DNA of 64,000 nt from Eledone cirrhosa. Lineage: Eukaryota. The notes under the pieces were generated by a model. That model was not told the origin of the DNA and made no database searches. It was given only the letters and a program-made list of their open reading frames with translations. The DNA lies in assembly GCA_964016885.1 (NCBI GenBank), contig OZ024742.1:276024001-276088000 (forward strand). The letters run 5' to 3'. Each line of letters starts with the position of its first letter. The stretch's first letter is position 1. Positions 50,380 to 63,886 of this stretch are shown here, in pieces. Position numbers and translations under genes: made by a program.

Positions 50380-50561
50380 GGCAGTATCGGTAGAGGGTCA
50401 GACAACAGGCTTTGCAGCACAGAGTTACGCCCCTTTCTGATATGAGTTCAAATCCTGCCGAGGTTAACTTTGCCTTTCATCCTTACAGGGTCGATAAAAT
50501 AAAGTACCAGTAATGCACTGGGATAATTGCTGGCCTTGTGCCAAAAGTAGAAACAATTATT
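50380..50561 (+). mobile_element. SINE family 2
   Basis: Matches 36126-36303. Confidence 0.85.
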
Positions 50562-50786
50562 ACCACCCTTTTCCATCCTAACACAGCTATCACCAGGGCA
50601 AGGCATATTTGTTGTTCTTGCTCCTCTTGTTGTTGTCTGAGCCTTGTACTAATAACAGAGGCAATAACAATTAGATAGATAGAGATGGAAAGGATAGAGA
50701 GAAGGAGAGTGTGTTTGTGAGAAAAAGAGAGAACGAAAATGAGTAATAAAACACACACACACTCCTCTCCTTCCCCTTCTCCATAT

Positions 50787-51078
50787 TTTCATTTCATTTT
50801 CATTTCATTTTACGTCCGCTTTCCCCTGCTTGCAAGGGTGGGACGGGAACTGATTCTGGCTTGATTTCTACAGCTGGATGCCCTTCCTAACACCAACCTC
50901 ATTTACAGTGAGTGCTGGGTGCTTTTTTGCCGTGGCACCTCCACGACCACTTTACAGTGGAATGATAGGGACCCCAGTCCTTATCATCTCATTTCTACAG
51001 CTGAGTAAACTGGAGCAAAGTGTCTTGCTCAAGGAAACAACACATCACCCGGTCTGAGAATTGAACTCACAACCTTTG
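50787..51078 (-). mobile_element. CORE-type SINE with RTE tail, 5'-truncated
   Basis: Matches 11087-11383; tail is (GAAAT)n. Confidence 0.85.
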
Positions 51079-51477
51079 AAGCTCGCTGGTATAAATACAC
51101 CGTACCTCGGCCAGCTTCTAGCTCACTCAATGAATCTGGCGAATTGCAATTATGCAGCTGCAATCAAACTGAACAGTTGATTGCAGCTGCATAATTGCAC
51201 ACATTTAGTTTATTGTAGACGGTTGGCTGTGTTTAGTTAGAGATAGATGTAAATATATCATATATATATATATATATGAGATTATCTCAAACATGACATC
51301 TATAACTTTGAATGTAATATATATATTCGGTGCTAATATGGTGCTATATAAATATAGCACCATATTAGCATGATGTGCCGAAATCCTATTTTCTATCTTC
51401 TATTTTTTTTCTGTATCTCCTATCTTCCATTCTATGTTTGGGTTCAACGTAATCCTGTTACATAATTCTGCAAATAA

Positions 51478-51548
51478 CACCTGATGAAATCGCCTAGTCT
51501 TGCATCATAATCAGATGATAGAACTGGGCCATCGAAATATGTATAGTG
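51478..51548 (+). ncRNA. Type I minimal hammerhead motif
   Basis: CAC-CTGATGA-AATCGCCTAGT-(extended hairpin)-ACTGGGCCATC-GAA-ATATGTAT-A-GTG. Confidence 0.7.
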
Positions 51549-51749
51549 CTTTCGTGGAATTAAAATTCTAAAGTAAATTTTCCAGTCTGGCCTTCTGTTG
51601 TTGTTCTAATGAATACTTTACTCCGTTCCTCCACTAACCACTGGATACCACATCTACGATGGATGATTTTCATAACGTTGAGTGCTTTAATTAATTTGAT
51701 GCATCATCGTTTACCAACCCAAACCATTAGTAAACAACCTAACATAAAT

Positions 51750-51817
<68 letters not shown>

Positions 51818-52538
51818 GACACATATATGAACATATACATCTATATACACACATAACATTAGAAAGACAGACAAAACGATCAGTAATAGATAAGAAAAGG
51901 TATTATAATGAAGGATTTTAATACCAAAAGAGGGTGTGTGCCATGTGCCACCATTGTAGATAATGTAAGGAGATAACCCTGCACTTGCATACCTATTTCC
52001 CTACCTACCCATGGAATCTGTCTGTATGTACACTCATAAATGCATAAACACAAACACACATTCATACAGACACACATATATACACAAACTCATTCATACA
52101 TACATACACACAAATCTTTGTCTTTTGTTCAATATCTCAAAAAGCTACATGAGGTTGTTATCTCTCTAGATCTGTTATTTAGCAAGCACCAGATCATCCC
52201 TTACCCAGGAGACCTCTGAGCTAAGGCATTCTCACCATGACCATCAACTAGTCATGTCTATGTCTATATATCATCATCACCAACATCACTTTATCAAAGC
52301 TACACATAAATTATATGGATGATAACCATTGGGAGAAGTGCCAGAAGTTCCAAGTGAACGGAAGCTGCAGGAGAAGACCAAGGAAGACATAAGCAGAGGT
52401 GAAAACTGAAGTCAGGATGGTAAACCTCACAAAGGAGATGACAAAAGGAAAAAAAAATGCTGTATTGGCGAAGACTCATCTAACCCGTGCAAGGCTGGAA
52501 AAACAAACATAAATACGATGATGATAAGATGTGTGTGT

Positions 52539-53972
52539 ATCATCATCATCATCATCATTGTTTAACGTCCATGTTCCACGCTTGCATGGGTTTGGACGGG
52601 AGTTTTCCCACTTGAGGCAAGAGTGGTTGTCTTGCTCGCATAGGACTGTCTGGCTGGTTTTCTACAGCTGGATGCCCTTCCTAACACCAACCACATTTAC
52701 AGTGTGGGACTGGGAGGTTTTTACCGTGTTGCCTACACGGCCACATTACAGCGTGGACTGTGTGTTTTTTTGTCGTGACACCTACACGATCTCATTTGTT
52801 TCGGCCTGGATGTTGTGGCACCAACATAACTTTACATTGAAAGGGGCGGTGTGGATGGGGTGGGGGTGGTGGGACGGGGGTGTATTTTGTTAGAGGTGCC
52901 TACTGACTTTAGTAGGTTTTACTTTGTATTTAGGTAAGGCGGGTCTTCTCTATTACTGAGTGCCGCCAAAGATCTCGGTCCAGTGACATTGTCTTGGAGA
53001 GGTGTAAGTGTGTGAGGTCGGAGTTTATCAGGTCGTCCCAGGTTTTTCTGGGTCTGCCTACTCCGTGGCTACCGTCTATCTTTATTGCCCTGCACTTTTT
53101 TATACAGCTGTCGTCTTTCATGCGCATCACGTGACCATACCAACGTAGCCTTCTCTCGAGTAAACAACATCTGAACCCTCTTATTTCTAATTTTTCCCTT
53201 AGTTCGTTTATGCTTTGCCGTTCGCGTATATTACTATTACACATCTAACGGAGCATGCAAGCTTCGTTCCTCTCTAGTCTGCGTATATCCTCTGCACACA
53301 ATGCCCAGGTCTCACTGCCATACAACATTGCTGTTCGTATGCAGGCATCATACAGCCTGCCTTTCATTTTTAGGGAGAACCCTTTAGCGGCTAATAGTGG
53401 TATAAGCTCTCTGAACTTTTTCCATCCAGTTCTGACTCTAGCTACTGTACTTTCAGAGCACCCTCCCCCACTGCTTATTTTGTCACCCAGGTAACGGAAG
53501 CTGTCCACTATTTCTATAGAACCCTCTGCGCAATTGAAAGAGCTAGTATTTTGTGGGCACTTGCTGCTACTTATTGCACCAGAGCACCGGCCACATGTAA
53601 AATCTATGTTCTTAGCTAGCTTACCTATGATCCCACTACATCTTTTATGCACCCATACTTTGCATTTGGGACATAAAATGGAGTTTCTACCTACGCCTTT
53701 CCTACACACTGAGCATGGCCTTTTCCCGGAAGGGACCGGCGCCTTATTTTCTTTCCTACAAACTAGAACTTTAGTCTTAGCCAGGTTAATTTGAAGGCCT
53801 TTTGATTCTAGGCCGTGCTTCCATGTTTGGAATTTCTTCTCTAGCTCAGTCATTGATTCAGCTATGAGCGTTAGATCATCTGCGTATAGGAGTTCCCATG
53901 GGCAGCCGGTCTTGAACTCCACTGTTATAGCCTGAAGGGCAATAATAAATAGTAGGGGGCTAAGAACAGAGT
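52539..53972 (-). mobile_element. RTE LINE, 5'-truncated, one premature stop at about 53245
   Basis: ORFs 53245-53922 and 52930-53244 (YADD, PHD finger, GRPRKTW); full 3' UTR. Confidence 0.95.
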
Positions 53973-54149
53973 GTATGTATATATATATTTGAGAGATGTT
54001 TCACAGTCAGGTGGTCAGCAACTAAACCGGCTCTCCCACCAGACTCTTGTATGTGGAAACCCAGCAGCACAAAAACAAGAGCTGTCAAAGGGCCGCTGAA
54101 CTTCACAGTCAACAGCCACCCACCCCAACTAATGGTTAAATAGCCTCAC

Positions 54150-54945
54150 CAACCTGCAATTGATGGCACATGGGATCAGTTTGAGACAGCAGTCTACGAC
54201 ACTAGTGTTGAAGTCTCAGGAAAAAAAAACATTGGGACTGGTTTGATGAAAATGATTCTCAAATCAACCAGCTATTGAAGGCAAAAAATGATGCTCACCA
54301 AAAGTTTTTGAGTGCTCCAAATAAAGGATGCAAAATCTTTGCTCCTGTATGGAATACGTCAGATGAAAAATTAATGGTGGTCAGCTATTTCAATACAAAT
54401 ACAGAATGCCTATGATCGAAAGGACCCTAAAACATTATACCACCTGATCAAACAGGCCATTGGCCCTTAATTCTAGTCAGTGGTACCACTCAGGTTCAAG
54501 GACGGGTCTGTCCTTTTCAAAGACTCATAGAGAATAATGGAATGTGGGAGCAAACATTTTACTGATCTCTTTGATAATCCCTCGAAGTTTAATGCAGATA
54601 TCATCAATAACTTGCCTCAATTGGATATAATTCATGAGATGTCAGATCATCCTACTCTGGCAGAGATCCAGAATAACACTGAGAAGGTTCTGGGTCTTTC
54701 ATGGGGTGATTTACCATTTCATTTTTGATATTTGGTCGGGTACTTCTGTTCCTCAAGACTGATGCAATCCTTGTTTCCTTGTTCAAAGGAAAGGGGTCAA
54801 AGTTGGAGTGTGGCAACTATCGGAGAATAAGCCTTCTTGAGGCAGTGGGTAAAGTTTTTGCAAAACTTCTTAATAGGCGTACCAAGAGGATTTGCTCTCG
54901 AGTGGCTTTAGGTCAGGCAGGGGCACAATGGACATAATCTTCAAT
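54150..54945 (+). mobile_element. Second RTE lineage (BovB/Expander-like), decayed linker and RT N-terminus
   Basis: HWDWFDENDSQINQLL, HFTDLFDNPS, DAILVSLFKGKGSKLECGNYRRISLLEAVGKVFAK. Confidence 0.8.
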
Positions 54946-55644
54946 ACAAAACTGTTTATTTTAAAGTGTTTATATTTATCTGAAAACCTTCCATCATAAT
55001 TCTATATAAGAATCTTTATTAAGTCGTGTTCTAAACACCAGCTCAACAATGGGAAAGTTAGTTATATTACTAAATCCCACCAAATTCTTGATTATTTTCA
55101 AAATGATTTTAAAAAATCATAGGCAGTGTCTTTCATTAGAGATAAGAGAAGGAAAGCATTAAAGATATAGTCAGTGTCTTTTATTAGAAATATGGTAATG
55201 AAAGAGTGAGATGTGAGGATAACATTCTGGGCAGTTACAGTATTATATATCATCAATTAATTAATGAGCTGTTGCTTTATTACAACTAAATGGTGAAAGA
55301 GGAGGGTGGGAAGTATACTCCACAGCCACCCTACACCATTCCCTCTTCCAGATTATCACTATAACACATTCAAGATGGTGCTCCAAGATTAATTTGGTTC
55401 AAGCTAATGATACAAAAATATGTGCCAATTACATGTAGTAGTGGTGGTGGTGGTGGTAATAGTAGTAGACTTGGTCCTCCAACCCATTAAGTAAGGCAGG
55501 AATTCTAAATAAGAACTGATTCCTTGGATTGTAACAACCCATCCATCCCATGCTAGCATGGAAACGGTATGGAAAGGAGCCAATCATCTGATCGAATTAA
55601 AGAAATTTGAAATTTGTGCATCCCTACGGAAATGACTATAATAA

Positions 55645-55940
55645 TTGTTTCTACAACAATTATCCCATTACTGGTACTTTATTTTATCGACCCCGTAAGG
55701 ATGAAAGGCAAAGTGAACCTCGGCGGGATTTGAACTCAGACTATAAAGGGGCGTAACTCTATGCTGCAAAGCATGGCGTCCGACCTTCTACCGATACTGC
55801 CAATCCCCCAATAATAATTGTTTCTATTTTTGGCACAAGGCTAGCAATTACCCAGTGCATTACTGGTACTTTATTTTATCGACCCCCGTAAGGATGAAAG
55901 GCAAAGTGAACCTCGGCGGGATTTGAACTCAGAATGGCAA
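55645..55940 (-). mobile_element. Two tandem copies of SINE family 2
   Basis: Reverse complements of 36126-36303 at about 55645-55802 and 55812-55940. Confidence 0.85.
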
Positions 55941-56504
55941 TAATAATAATTGACCACTATAGATAATAGTTGAGAAAATTGGGTAAACTATCCCCTGGAG
56001 ACAGAAAAAAGTGGGTAGAGGCTCCTGCAAGGAATTAAACCTTGTTTGTATCGTTTCAACGTCAGAAAAGCGAGTTTGACCATCATGCCAAAGGGGCTGT
56101 GAACCCTGATCACCATCTAGTGAGAAGATTTAAGCATGAAGCCAGAAGTGGAAACAATATTTGGTCAACTTACAAAATATTGGAAAATTTGAAAATATAA
56201 CTGCTACAATGCAGATAACTACAATAATAGTTGATATTTATAAATAATAATTGGTCCAACTTTTGCTAGCAGAGAAAATGGATGTTAAATGGTGATGATG
56301 ATTATGATGATGAAACCCTAACCCGATGATGATGATGTATAAGTTGAGGAAAGTATCTCTGGGAATAGAAAACAGTGGACAGAGGTGGCTGTGAGGAATT
56401 GAATCCCATGTCTCTCAGATGCTGGACATGTACATTAACTAGTTGTTTACAATTCTAGCTACAGGCTTAAAATCTTCTAAATAGACAGAATTAGTGGCCA
56501 GCAG

Positions 56505-56645
56505 CTTTTTAGCATAGTGGTTAATGTGCACTGGCATCTGAGAGATGCAAGGTCTAATTCCTTGCAGGCACTACTGTTCACTTTTTTCCATCTCTTGAGG
56601 GTAGTTTACTCAATGTTCTCAACTATTATTTATAATGATTGACTA
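56505..56645 (+). mobile_element. Third tRNA-headed SINE-like family (inverted relatives at about 55950-56095 and 56340-56445)
   Basis: A box-like TAGCATAGTGG, B box-like GGTCTAATTCC, shared tail GTAGTTTACTCAATGTTCTCAACTATTAT. Confidence 0.55.
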
Positions 56646-56664
56646 TTATTATTATGGTCATGTG

Positions 56665-56856
56665 CGGTGGATTGGCAGTATCGGTAGAGGGTTGGACGCT
56701 ATGCTTTGACGCACAGAGTTACGGCCCTTGCCATTCTGAGTTTGAATCCCGCTGAGGTTAACTTTGCCTTTCATCCTTACGGGGTCGATAAAATAAAGTA
56801 CCAGTAATGCACTGGGTAATTGCTGGCCTTGTGCCAAAAAGTAGAAACAATTATTA
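56665..56856 (+). mobile_element. SINE family 2, longest 5' end
   Basis: Matches 36126-36303 with extra GCGGTGGATT upstream. Confidence 0.85.
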
Positions 56857-57629
56857 TGGTCATTTGCATTGGGCCCCACAGATTTCAAATTTATTTTCAT
56901 GTATTTAATCATTAAAAGACAAGATGAGTATATTGTTGCATATGGCAGTGGGGTATTGTTGGCACTGGAACAATTTCTGAATGAATTACTCACTCATATT
57001 CAGACCAGTCTCACCTATTACCTCTATACCTTCACATGTCCACTAAAATGTTTTTAAATTACCCTTTTTGTTACCATATTTCTAATGAAATATGCAGGTT
57101 ATGTGTTTCAATTAATTTTGAAAATAATGAATAGTTTAGAAGGAAATAGCAAACTACCTAAAACACTTCTGGTTCTCTGTTTATTTTAAGGTGATTATAT
57201 TTATCTAAAAACACTCCATCATAATTTTATGTAATATGTAAAATCTTTTGCTAAGTTAAGTTCTGATCCAAATTTTTGATATCTTCAAAATGATTTCAAA
57301 CACATAGGCAGTGTCTTTCATTAGAAATATGGTAACATTTAAAAACCTTCCATCATAATTCTGTATAAGAACCTTTGCTAAGTTATGTTCCAAACAGTAT
57401 AATAATGAGGAAGTTAGTTATATTACTAAATTCTTCTATAATTTCAAAATCATAGGCAATGTAAAATCATAGGCAATGTTCTTCATTATAAATATGATAA
57501 AGAAAGGGTTAATCATAAGTATAGTATTGTCTTTACACTAAATGACACTACTGTAGATGTAGATGTGATTGTATGAGTGTATACATATATATATATACAG
57601 AATATGTACATATATACATAAATGTACAT

Positions 57630-58697
57630 ATCCTCATCGTTTTTATGTCATTTTTTTTTCATGCTTGCATGAATTGGACAGGTCCTCTTCAGCACAGCAT
57701 TTCCTTTTGAGTCTCAGCAACTTGAGATCGGCTCTCACCACCTCTGTTCAAGTCTTCCTTGGTCTATCTCTATTGTAGCTTCCTTTAGTGGGGTTTTCTT
57801 GGTCTATCTCTATTGTAGCTTCCTTTACTAGGATTTCCTGACACTTCTTCACCCAGCGGTCATCATCCACAAGCATCAGATGTCTGTACCAATACAGTCT
57901 TCTCTCTTGCACATCACTTTGGAGTCCTCTTAAAACCAGTTTTTGCCTCGGTTTATGCAAGCTCTTTCTTTCACATTTACATTGCACATCCAACGAAGCA
58001 TTTCTCTCCATCCTATGCATGTCCTCTGCAACCACTGCTGATGTCTCATTAGCATCATGTTTCACACAGACATCATATAGTTGTCCTTTTCTACATCATC
58101 ATCATCATTTAATGTCCATTTTCCATGATAGCATGAGTTAGATGGGTTGTCCTATTTGAGGTAAGTCAGGTCAGGTGACCATGTCTGGTTTGGTTTCTAC
58201 GACTTGAAGCTCTTCATAACGCCAACCATATTTACAGTGTGTGCTGGGTGCTTTTTGTCGTGTCACCTACACGATCACTTTACAGTATGGGCTGGATGCT
58301 TTTTGTCGGAACACCTACACAACCACTTTACAATGTGGGCTGGGTTCCTTTTGTCATGATACCAACATGAAGAAGAAACCTTGGAGTAGTTTTCTAAACT
58401 TCTATCCTATCCTTATTCTAGCTATTATGCTCTCAGAGCACCTTCCTCAACTGCTAATTAAGTCAACTAGATAACAGGAGCTATCAACCACTTCTATGGA
58501 ACCTTCATGTGATTGGAAAAGGTTTATATCACTGATACTCTTCCCTTCGATTACACCTGTGCATATTTTACAAAGACTTCCCTTCCTGTTAGTTTACTTG
58601 ATATCCCACTACTTATCTGAAGGAATCAGGGTCCTATCTTCTTTCCTACTTACGAGCACTTTAGTCTTGGCTACATTTACTCTGAGACCTTTTGATT

Positions 58698-58700
<3 letters not shown>
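57630..58700 (-). mobile_element. Decayed RTE fragments, with an RTE 3' UTR insertion at about 58095-58370
   Basis: QERRLYWY.HLM.VDDDRWVKKC; UTR repeats; GLRVNVAKTKVLV in antisense. Confidence 0.75.
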
Positions 58701-58739
<39 letters not shown>

Positions 58740-59059
58740 ATAGACTCCCTATAACTATGTATATACAGTCATATCCATATGTTTAATAAATGTTTACTTA
58801 GTCTCACTGGGGAATTACTTAATTTCACAGTTTATTAAATATATCAATATTAACTTGCTGGCCCCATAGAAATTCCATGTTTGTTACAAACTAAAACATA
58901 ATAATTACACTCATATATATTTATTTCATCAGAATACCATTTGAATCATTATCATTACCTTAATTTATACTATTAATTTAACAGTTCCTGGCTTTCCTGT
59001 TTTCTTTGCTTATTGGTATTAAATATTCTAACACATTAGTAAGTTTCCTTGCTCTAGAG

Positions 59060-59327
59060 CAGGGGCGTGCAACAGGCGGCCCATGGGCCACAATCTGGCC
59101 CGCGATGACCGTTTTAAATTTTTACCTTGTAGACTTATTTAGAATTTTTTTCCTCACTGTAATACAATTTTCTGTTAGTTGACCTATACTAAAGGGCTTC
59201 ACTGATAGGGTTATGTGTGTTATAATTTCCCAGTTCCATGTTATGGAAAGAAGTTGTAGTGAATCTTTGGAATAGTTGTTCCAATGTTCAAAAGTGGCCT
59301 GCCAATGGAATATGTTGCTCACTCTTG
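59060..59327. mobile_element. hAT (Charlie-like) MITE
   Basis: 8-bp TSD CTCTAGAG/CCCTAGAG; 5' CAGGGGCGTGCAACAGGCGGCCC; degenerate 3' TIR GTTGCTCACTCTTG. Confidence 0.75.
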
Positions 59328-59491
59328 CCCTAGAGAATTTAACTAAAACACTGGTTATGGTCACTAAATCCCTATCTAAGTTTTCTCCTTTACTTTATTT
59401 ATTGTCATTGAATAAGCTAATCTAACTGGAAACTTAATTCTTTGTTAAAGATTCAGTTTAGCAACTGACAGTCACGAAGTGCATATGTTAA

Positions 59492-59695
59492 CCTTTTAGC
59501 ATTTAAACCAGCATATCCAGCCAGAATTCTCTCACCTCTTTCTGTTCAAACTGGCCATAACTGGCCACTTATAATTATAGTAAGGCATTGTTTTCAAAAT
59601 ATATATCAAAATCTCGTAGATTCCATATTATGTGAGATAAAGCCTTTACAATGAAAATACAATAGTAAATATAAAGTAATGTAAATGCTAAAGGG
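59492..59695. mobile_element. piggyBac-type MITE, family A
   Basis: TTAA-CCTTTTAGCATTTA...TAAATGCTAAAGGG. Confidence 0.85.
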
Positions 59696-60030
59696 TAAAA
59701 TAATTGATGATTAAAAAAAACAAAAAAACTAGCCTTCGTTTCCCCACCTAACCACAACCACTACCCCCATGAGCTGTAGTTCTCAGTATATCATGTGTGT
59801 GTATGTATGTGTGCACATTTCATTATCATCATGTCAGTAACATACTGTAAGTAAATGGCCTTCTCTTTCTTCTGACTCATAATGTTACAAATTCTCTCTT
59901 CCATCAACACACAAATAAATGTCATTCCTTTTCTTTTGCTTCACATATGTATTAGCTCCTCTCTTCAACATCCTTCTCTCTTCTTTTTTATGCTCTGCTT
60001 CCATCTGCATAATAATTTATATCGGTATAC

Positions 60031-60061
<31 letters not shown>

Positions 60062-60075
60062 AAGAGAGAGAGAGA

Positions 60076-60107
<32 letters not shown>

Positions 60108-60476
60108 GGGCACCTCTTGATATATTTATTATGCACTGCACACATTAACATTAATGGGATATCGAACATATACATACACACACACAACATATGCATGTAT
60201 ATATGCATACATGCACTGATGCATGTAAATCTTCATTACCCATCATAACTCTATATTCTGTATCTGAAATGAAATAATAATAATGAAAATTATTGTGTAC
60301 AGTGCTCAGGTGCACTACAGAAAGTATTTGATCAACCACCAGATGCTGAAACCATGATCATTTTACATCCACTTTTCCACGCTGACATGGACTGTATATA
60401 TTCTTTTATTCTTTTACAGGTTTCAGTCATTCAACTGTGACTATACTACTGGTCTTGAAGGGACTTTAGTCTATTA

Positions 60477-60662
60477 CAGTGAAATTCTGTTATAACAAAA
60501 TTCATGGAGTATTAGAAAAATTTGTTGTAACGGAAAATTCTTTATAACAAGATCGACCAAAACAAATCAAGCGTTTATTTGTATTACCTTTGGGATTGAA
60601 AAAAAATTTGTTATACTGACAAATTCGTTATAATGGTATTCATTATAACAGAATTGTACCTG
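60477..60662. mobile_element. pogo/Tigger-type MITE
   Basis: TA-CAGTGAAATTCTGTTATAAC...ATTATAACAGAATTGTACCTG-TA. Confidence 0.75.
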
Positions 60663-60909
60663 TATATTGATCTTAGTAATCAGTTTTATTCCAAGTCTGA
60701 TACTTATTTTATTGATCTCTTTTTGTCAAACCAATAAGTTACAGAACATAAACAGACATGGGCACATACATACACACATGCACCCACTCACTCAAACACT
60801 CAGTGGTTAGGGTGTTTGACTCATAATCAAAAGGTCTTAGGTTCGGTTCTTGGACAAGGCAGCAGATTGTACTTTTCAGCAAGACACTTCATTTCACATT
60901 GCTTTTCAT

Positions 60910-61995
60910 AATACAACTGGAGTTCCTATCAAATCACTAGGACTAAGGCCCCTATCATTAAAACACCTGTGAAACCTTCCATGTGATGCAACATTGTAGG
61001 AGGCCAGCTAAATGTACATATGTGTGAGCTGTAACAAAAAAAGACTAGGGCCCCTATCATTAAAATACTTGAGAAAACTCCTATTAGATACAACCTTGTA
61101 GGAGACCAGCTAAAAGTGTGAGCTGTAACATGATATGACTGGAGTCCTTATAATTAAATCACTTGAAGAACCTCCAGTGAGATACAACTTCCTAGGAGGC
61201 CAGCTACACATGCATATGTGTGAGTTGTAACAACAATAACAACATGGATAGGGCTGAAACCCATATCATTAAAGCACCTGAGAAACCTATTAGATACAAC
61301 CTTGTAGAATGGAGGCCTGCTAAACCCACATAGGTGTGAGCTGTAACAGCATGATACAAATGGGGTCCCTGTAATTAAATCACTTGAGAAATTAATTAAA
61401 TCACTTGAGATATAACTTCATATGAGGCCAGCTAAACCTACATAGGTGTGAGCTGTAACAGCACGATAGGACTAGGATCGTTATCATTAAAACACCTAAA
61501 TTACGTCCTATGAGATACAACCTTGTAGGATCCTGCTAACCCTACATAGGTGTGAGTTGTAAAAACAACATGATAAGACTACTGTTGCTATCATTAAAAC
61601 ACCTGAGAAACCTCCTATGAGATACAACCTTGTAGGAAGCCTGCTAACCCTATATAGGTGTGAGTTGTAAAAACAACATGATAAGACTACTGTTGCTATC
61701 ATTAAAACACCTGAGAAACCTCCTATGAGATACAACCTTGTAGGAAGCCTGCTAACCCTATATAGGTGTGAGTTGTAAAAACAACATGATAAGACTACTG
61801 TTGCTATCATTAAAACACCTGAGAAACCTCCTATGAGATACAACCTTGTAGGAAGCCTGCTAAACCTACATAAGTGTGAGTTGTAACAATAACAACATGA
61901 GAAGACTAAGATCCCTATCATTAAATTATTTGAGAAAACTCCTATGAAATACAACCTTGTAGAAGGCCTGCTAAACCTACATAGGTGTGAGCTGT
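60910..61995. repeat. Minisatellite, about 108-bp unit x ~10
   Basis: Near-identical units at 61571, 61679 and 61787; diverged units on both sides. Confidence 0.95.
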
Positions 61996-62948
61996 TTGGG
62001 GAGAAGATCTAGGGTATCTAGAGGTCATGACATAGGGAACCACCTAGCCTCCACCTTCCCATGCAGCAGGTTTTATTGGGGTTTATTACTGTATTGAGGG
62101 TGGTAGCACTATCATTGAAAAAGGAGGTAATAGGCATCCTCAGCACACACACTAAAATAAAAACCTACACCACTACTGCTACTATTTCCAACACCACCAT
62201 CAACATTACTAACATCTCCTTCACAACCATCAATACCACTATCACCACCTCTATGACTAATACTACCATCACTATCTGCAGACTAATACCTTGCCCCCTC
62301 CTCTACTACTACTACTACTACTACCATTAAAACAAAATGCCACTACAGCCACCATCACCATCATCAAACACCAATTTTGTTGCAAACCTGATAAGATACT
62401 TCTCCATCCCGCCACCACACAACACACCATCAGCCACAATCAGACAATAAGCCAGTGTTAATCTAGCCACCCTACTTTAACCATTGGACATCTCCTACCT
62501 TCACCACAAATACCATCACCACCACCATTATCAGAGACCATGAGACAATAGACCAGTGTTAACCTATCTACATACCCAACTCAACTATTGGTCACCTCCT
62601 ACTACTGCCACCACCAACACCACTGACACTACCATCATCTTCAACACCACCATTTGACAATAAGCCAGTGTTACCCTACACTACCCCATCTCACCTCAAC
62701 CATTCATCCTCTTCACTCAGCCACAGCATTATTTCTTTAATCTTTTAATTACTGACTTGCAAACCACTGCTCAATATACATCCTCACTACCAGCACCACT
62801 CCATCATCCCCATCATCAACCCCACTACCACCACCGCCATCATCACTACATACTAATTAGTCTTACTAATTAATACACATATTGTTGCATTGATGACTAC
62901 ATCAAACACACACGCACACAAACACACACTCACACATACATATACATA

Positions 62949-63049
62949 CAGGGTGTCCCCCAAAAATGTATACATCATTTGATCACCTGTACAGGCAATA
63001 TTTATTAGAATGCTGTTGAAGTGTGTATACATTTTTTGGAGTTACCCTG
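62949..63049. mobile_element. Tc1/mariner-type MITE
   Basis: TA-CAGGGTGTCCCCCAAAAATGTATAC...GTATACATTTTTTGGAGTTACCCTG-TA. Confidence 0.85.
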
Positions 63050-63074
63050 TATATGTTTATATAAATATATAAAG

Positions 63075-63460
63075 ATAGGAAAAGCAGCTGGAGCATTCGG
63101 TATAGTCGCTAAGATGCTAAAAGCATCTGGCATGGTAGTATACGAGCTAGTCAGATGCATAGTTAATCAAGTCGTATACCATGGCTGTTATACCCAATGA
63201 CTGGTGCAGCAGCGTCATTGTAGATTGCTTCAAGGAAAAAATGGATGCACTAGAGAGAAGTAACTGCAGAGGCATCAAGTTGATGGACCAGGTCATGAAA
63301 GTTACTGAAAGGGTTATAGTGCAACTAATTAGGGAGAGAATCAAGTTAAATGAGATGTAGTTTGAATTTATGCTAGGTAGCAGTACTACCAATGCCCTAT
63401 TTCTGGAGAGACAACTACAGGAAAGGTACTTAGGTAAGAGTAAGCCACTGTATCTAGTGT
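63075..63460 (+). mobile_element. Decayed RTE RT N-terminal fragment; RTE tails follow at 63544-63712 (minus) and 63885-64000 (plus)
   Basis: NCRGIKLMDQVMKVTERVI, STTNALFLERQLQERYLGKSKPLYL. Confidence 0.85.
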
Positions 63461-63822
63461 TGCTGAGACACAAGCTAAAACCGCTTGGAACTGGGGTCCG
63501 GATTTTACCTATCTATCGATCTATCTATCTATCTGTCTATATATCATCATCATCATCATCATTATCATCATCGTTTTACGTCCATTCTTCCATGGTAGCA
63601 TGGATTAGACGGGCTGTCCTGTTGTGGGCGATGTTAGGTCGGGTGACCTTGTCTTGCTCATACAGGAACTGATTTTGGCTTGATTTCTACAGCTGAATGC
63701 CCTTCCTAACACTAATATATATATATATATAATATTGTCTGGGATTCAGAAACCTTTGGTAATGGAGTAGTTCTATACATAGAGCACTCTTTTTTCCTTT
63801 GCTTTTCCTTCAGAATTACCTA

Positions 63823-63886
<64 letters not shown>

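Noticed and set aside
61508-61954. 148-aa ORF with 36-aa repeats
   Set aside because: A by-product of the 108-bp unit being a multiple of 3; flanking units break the frame.
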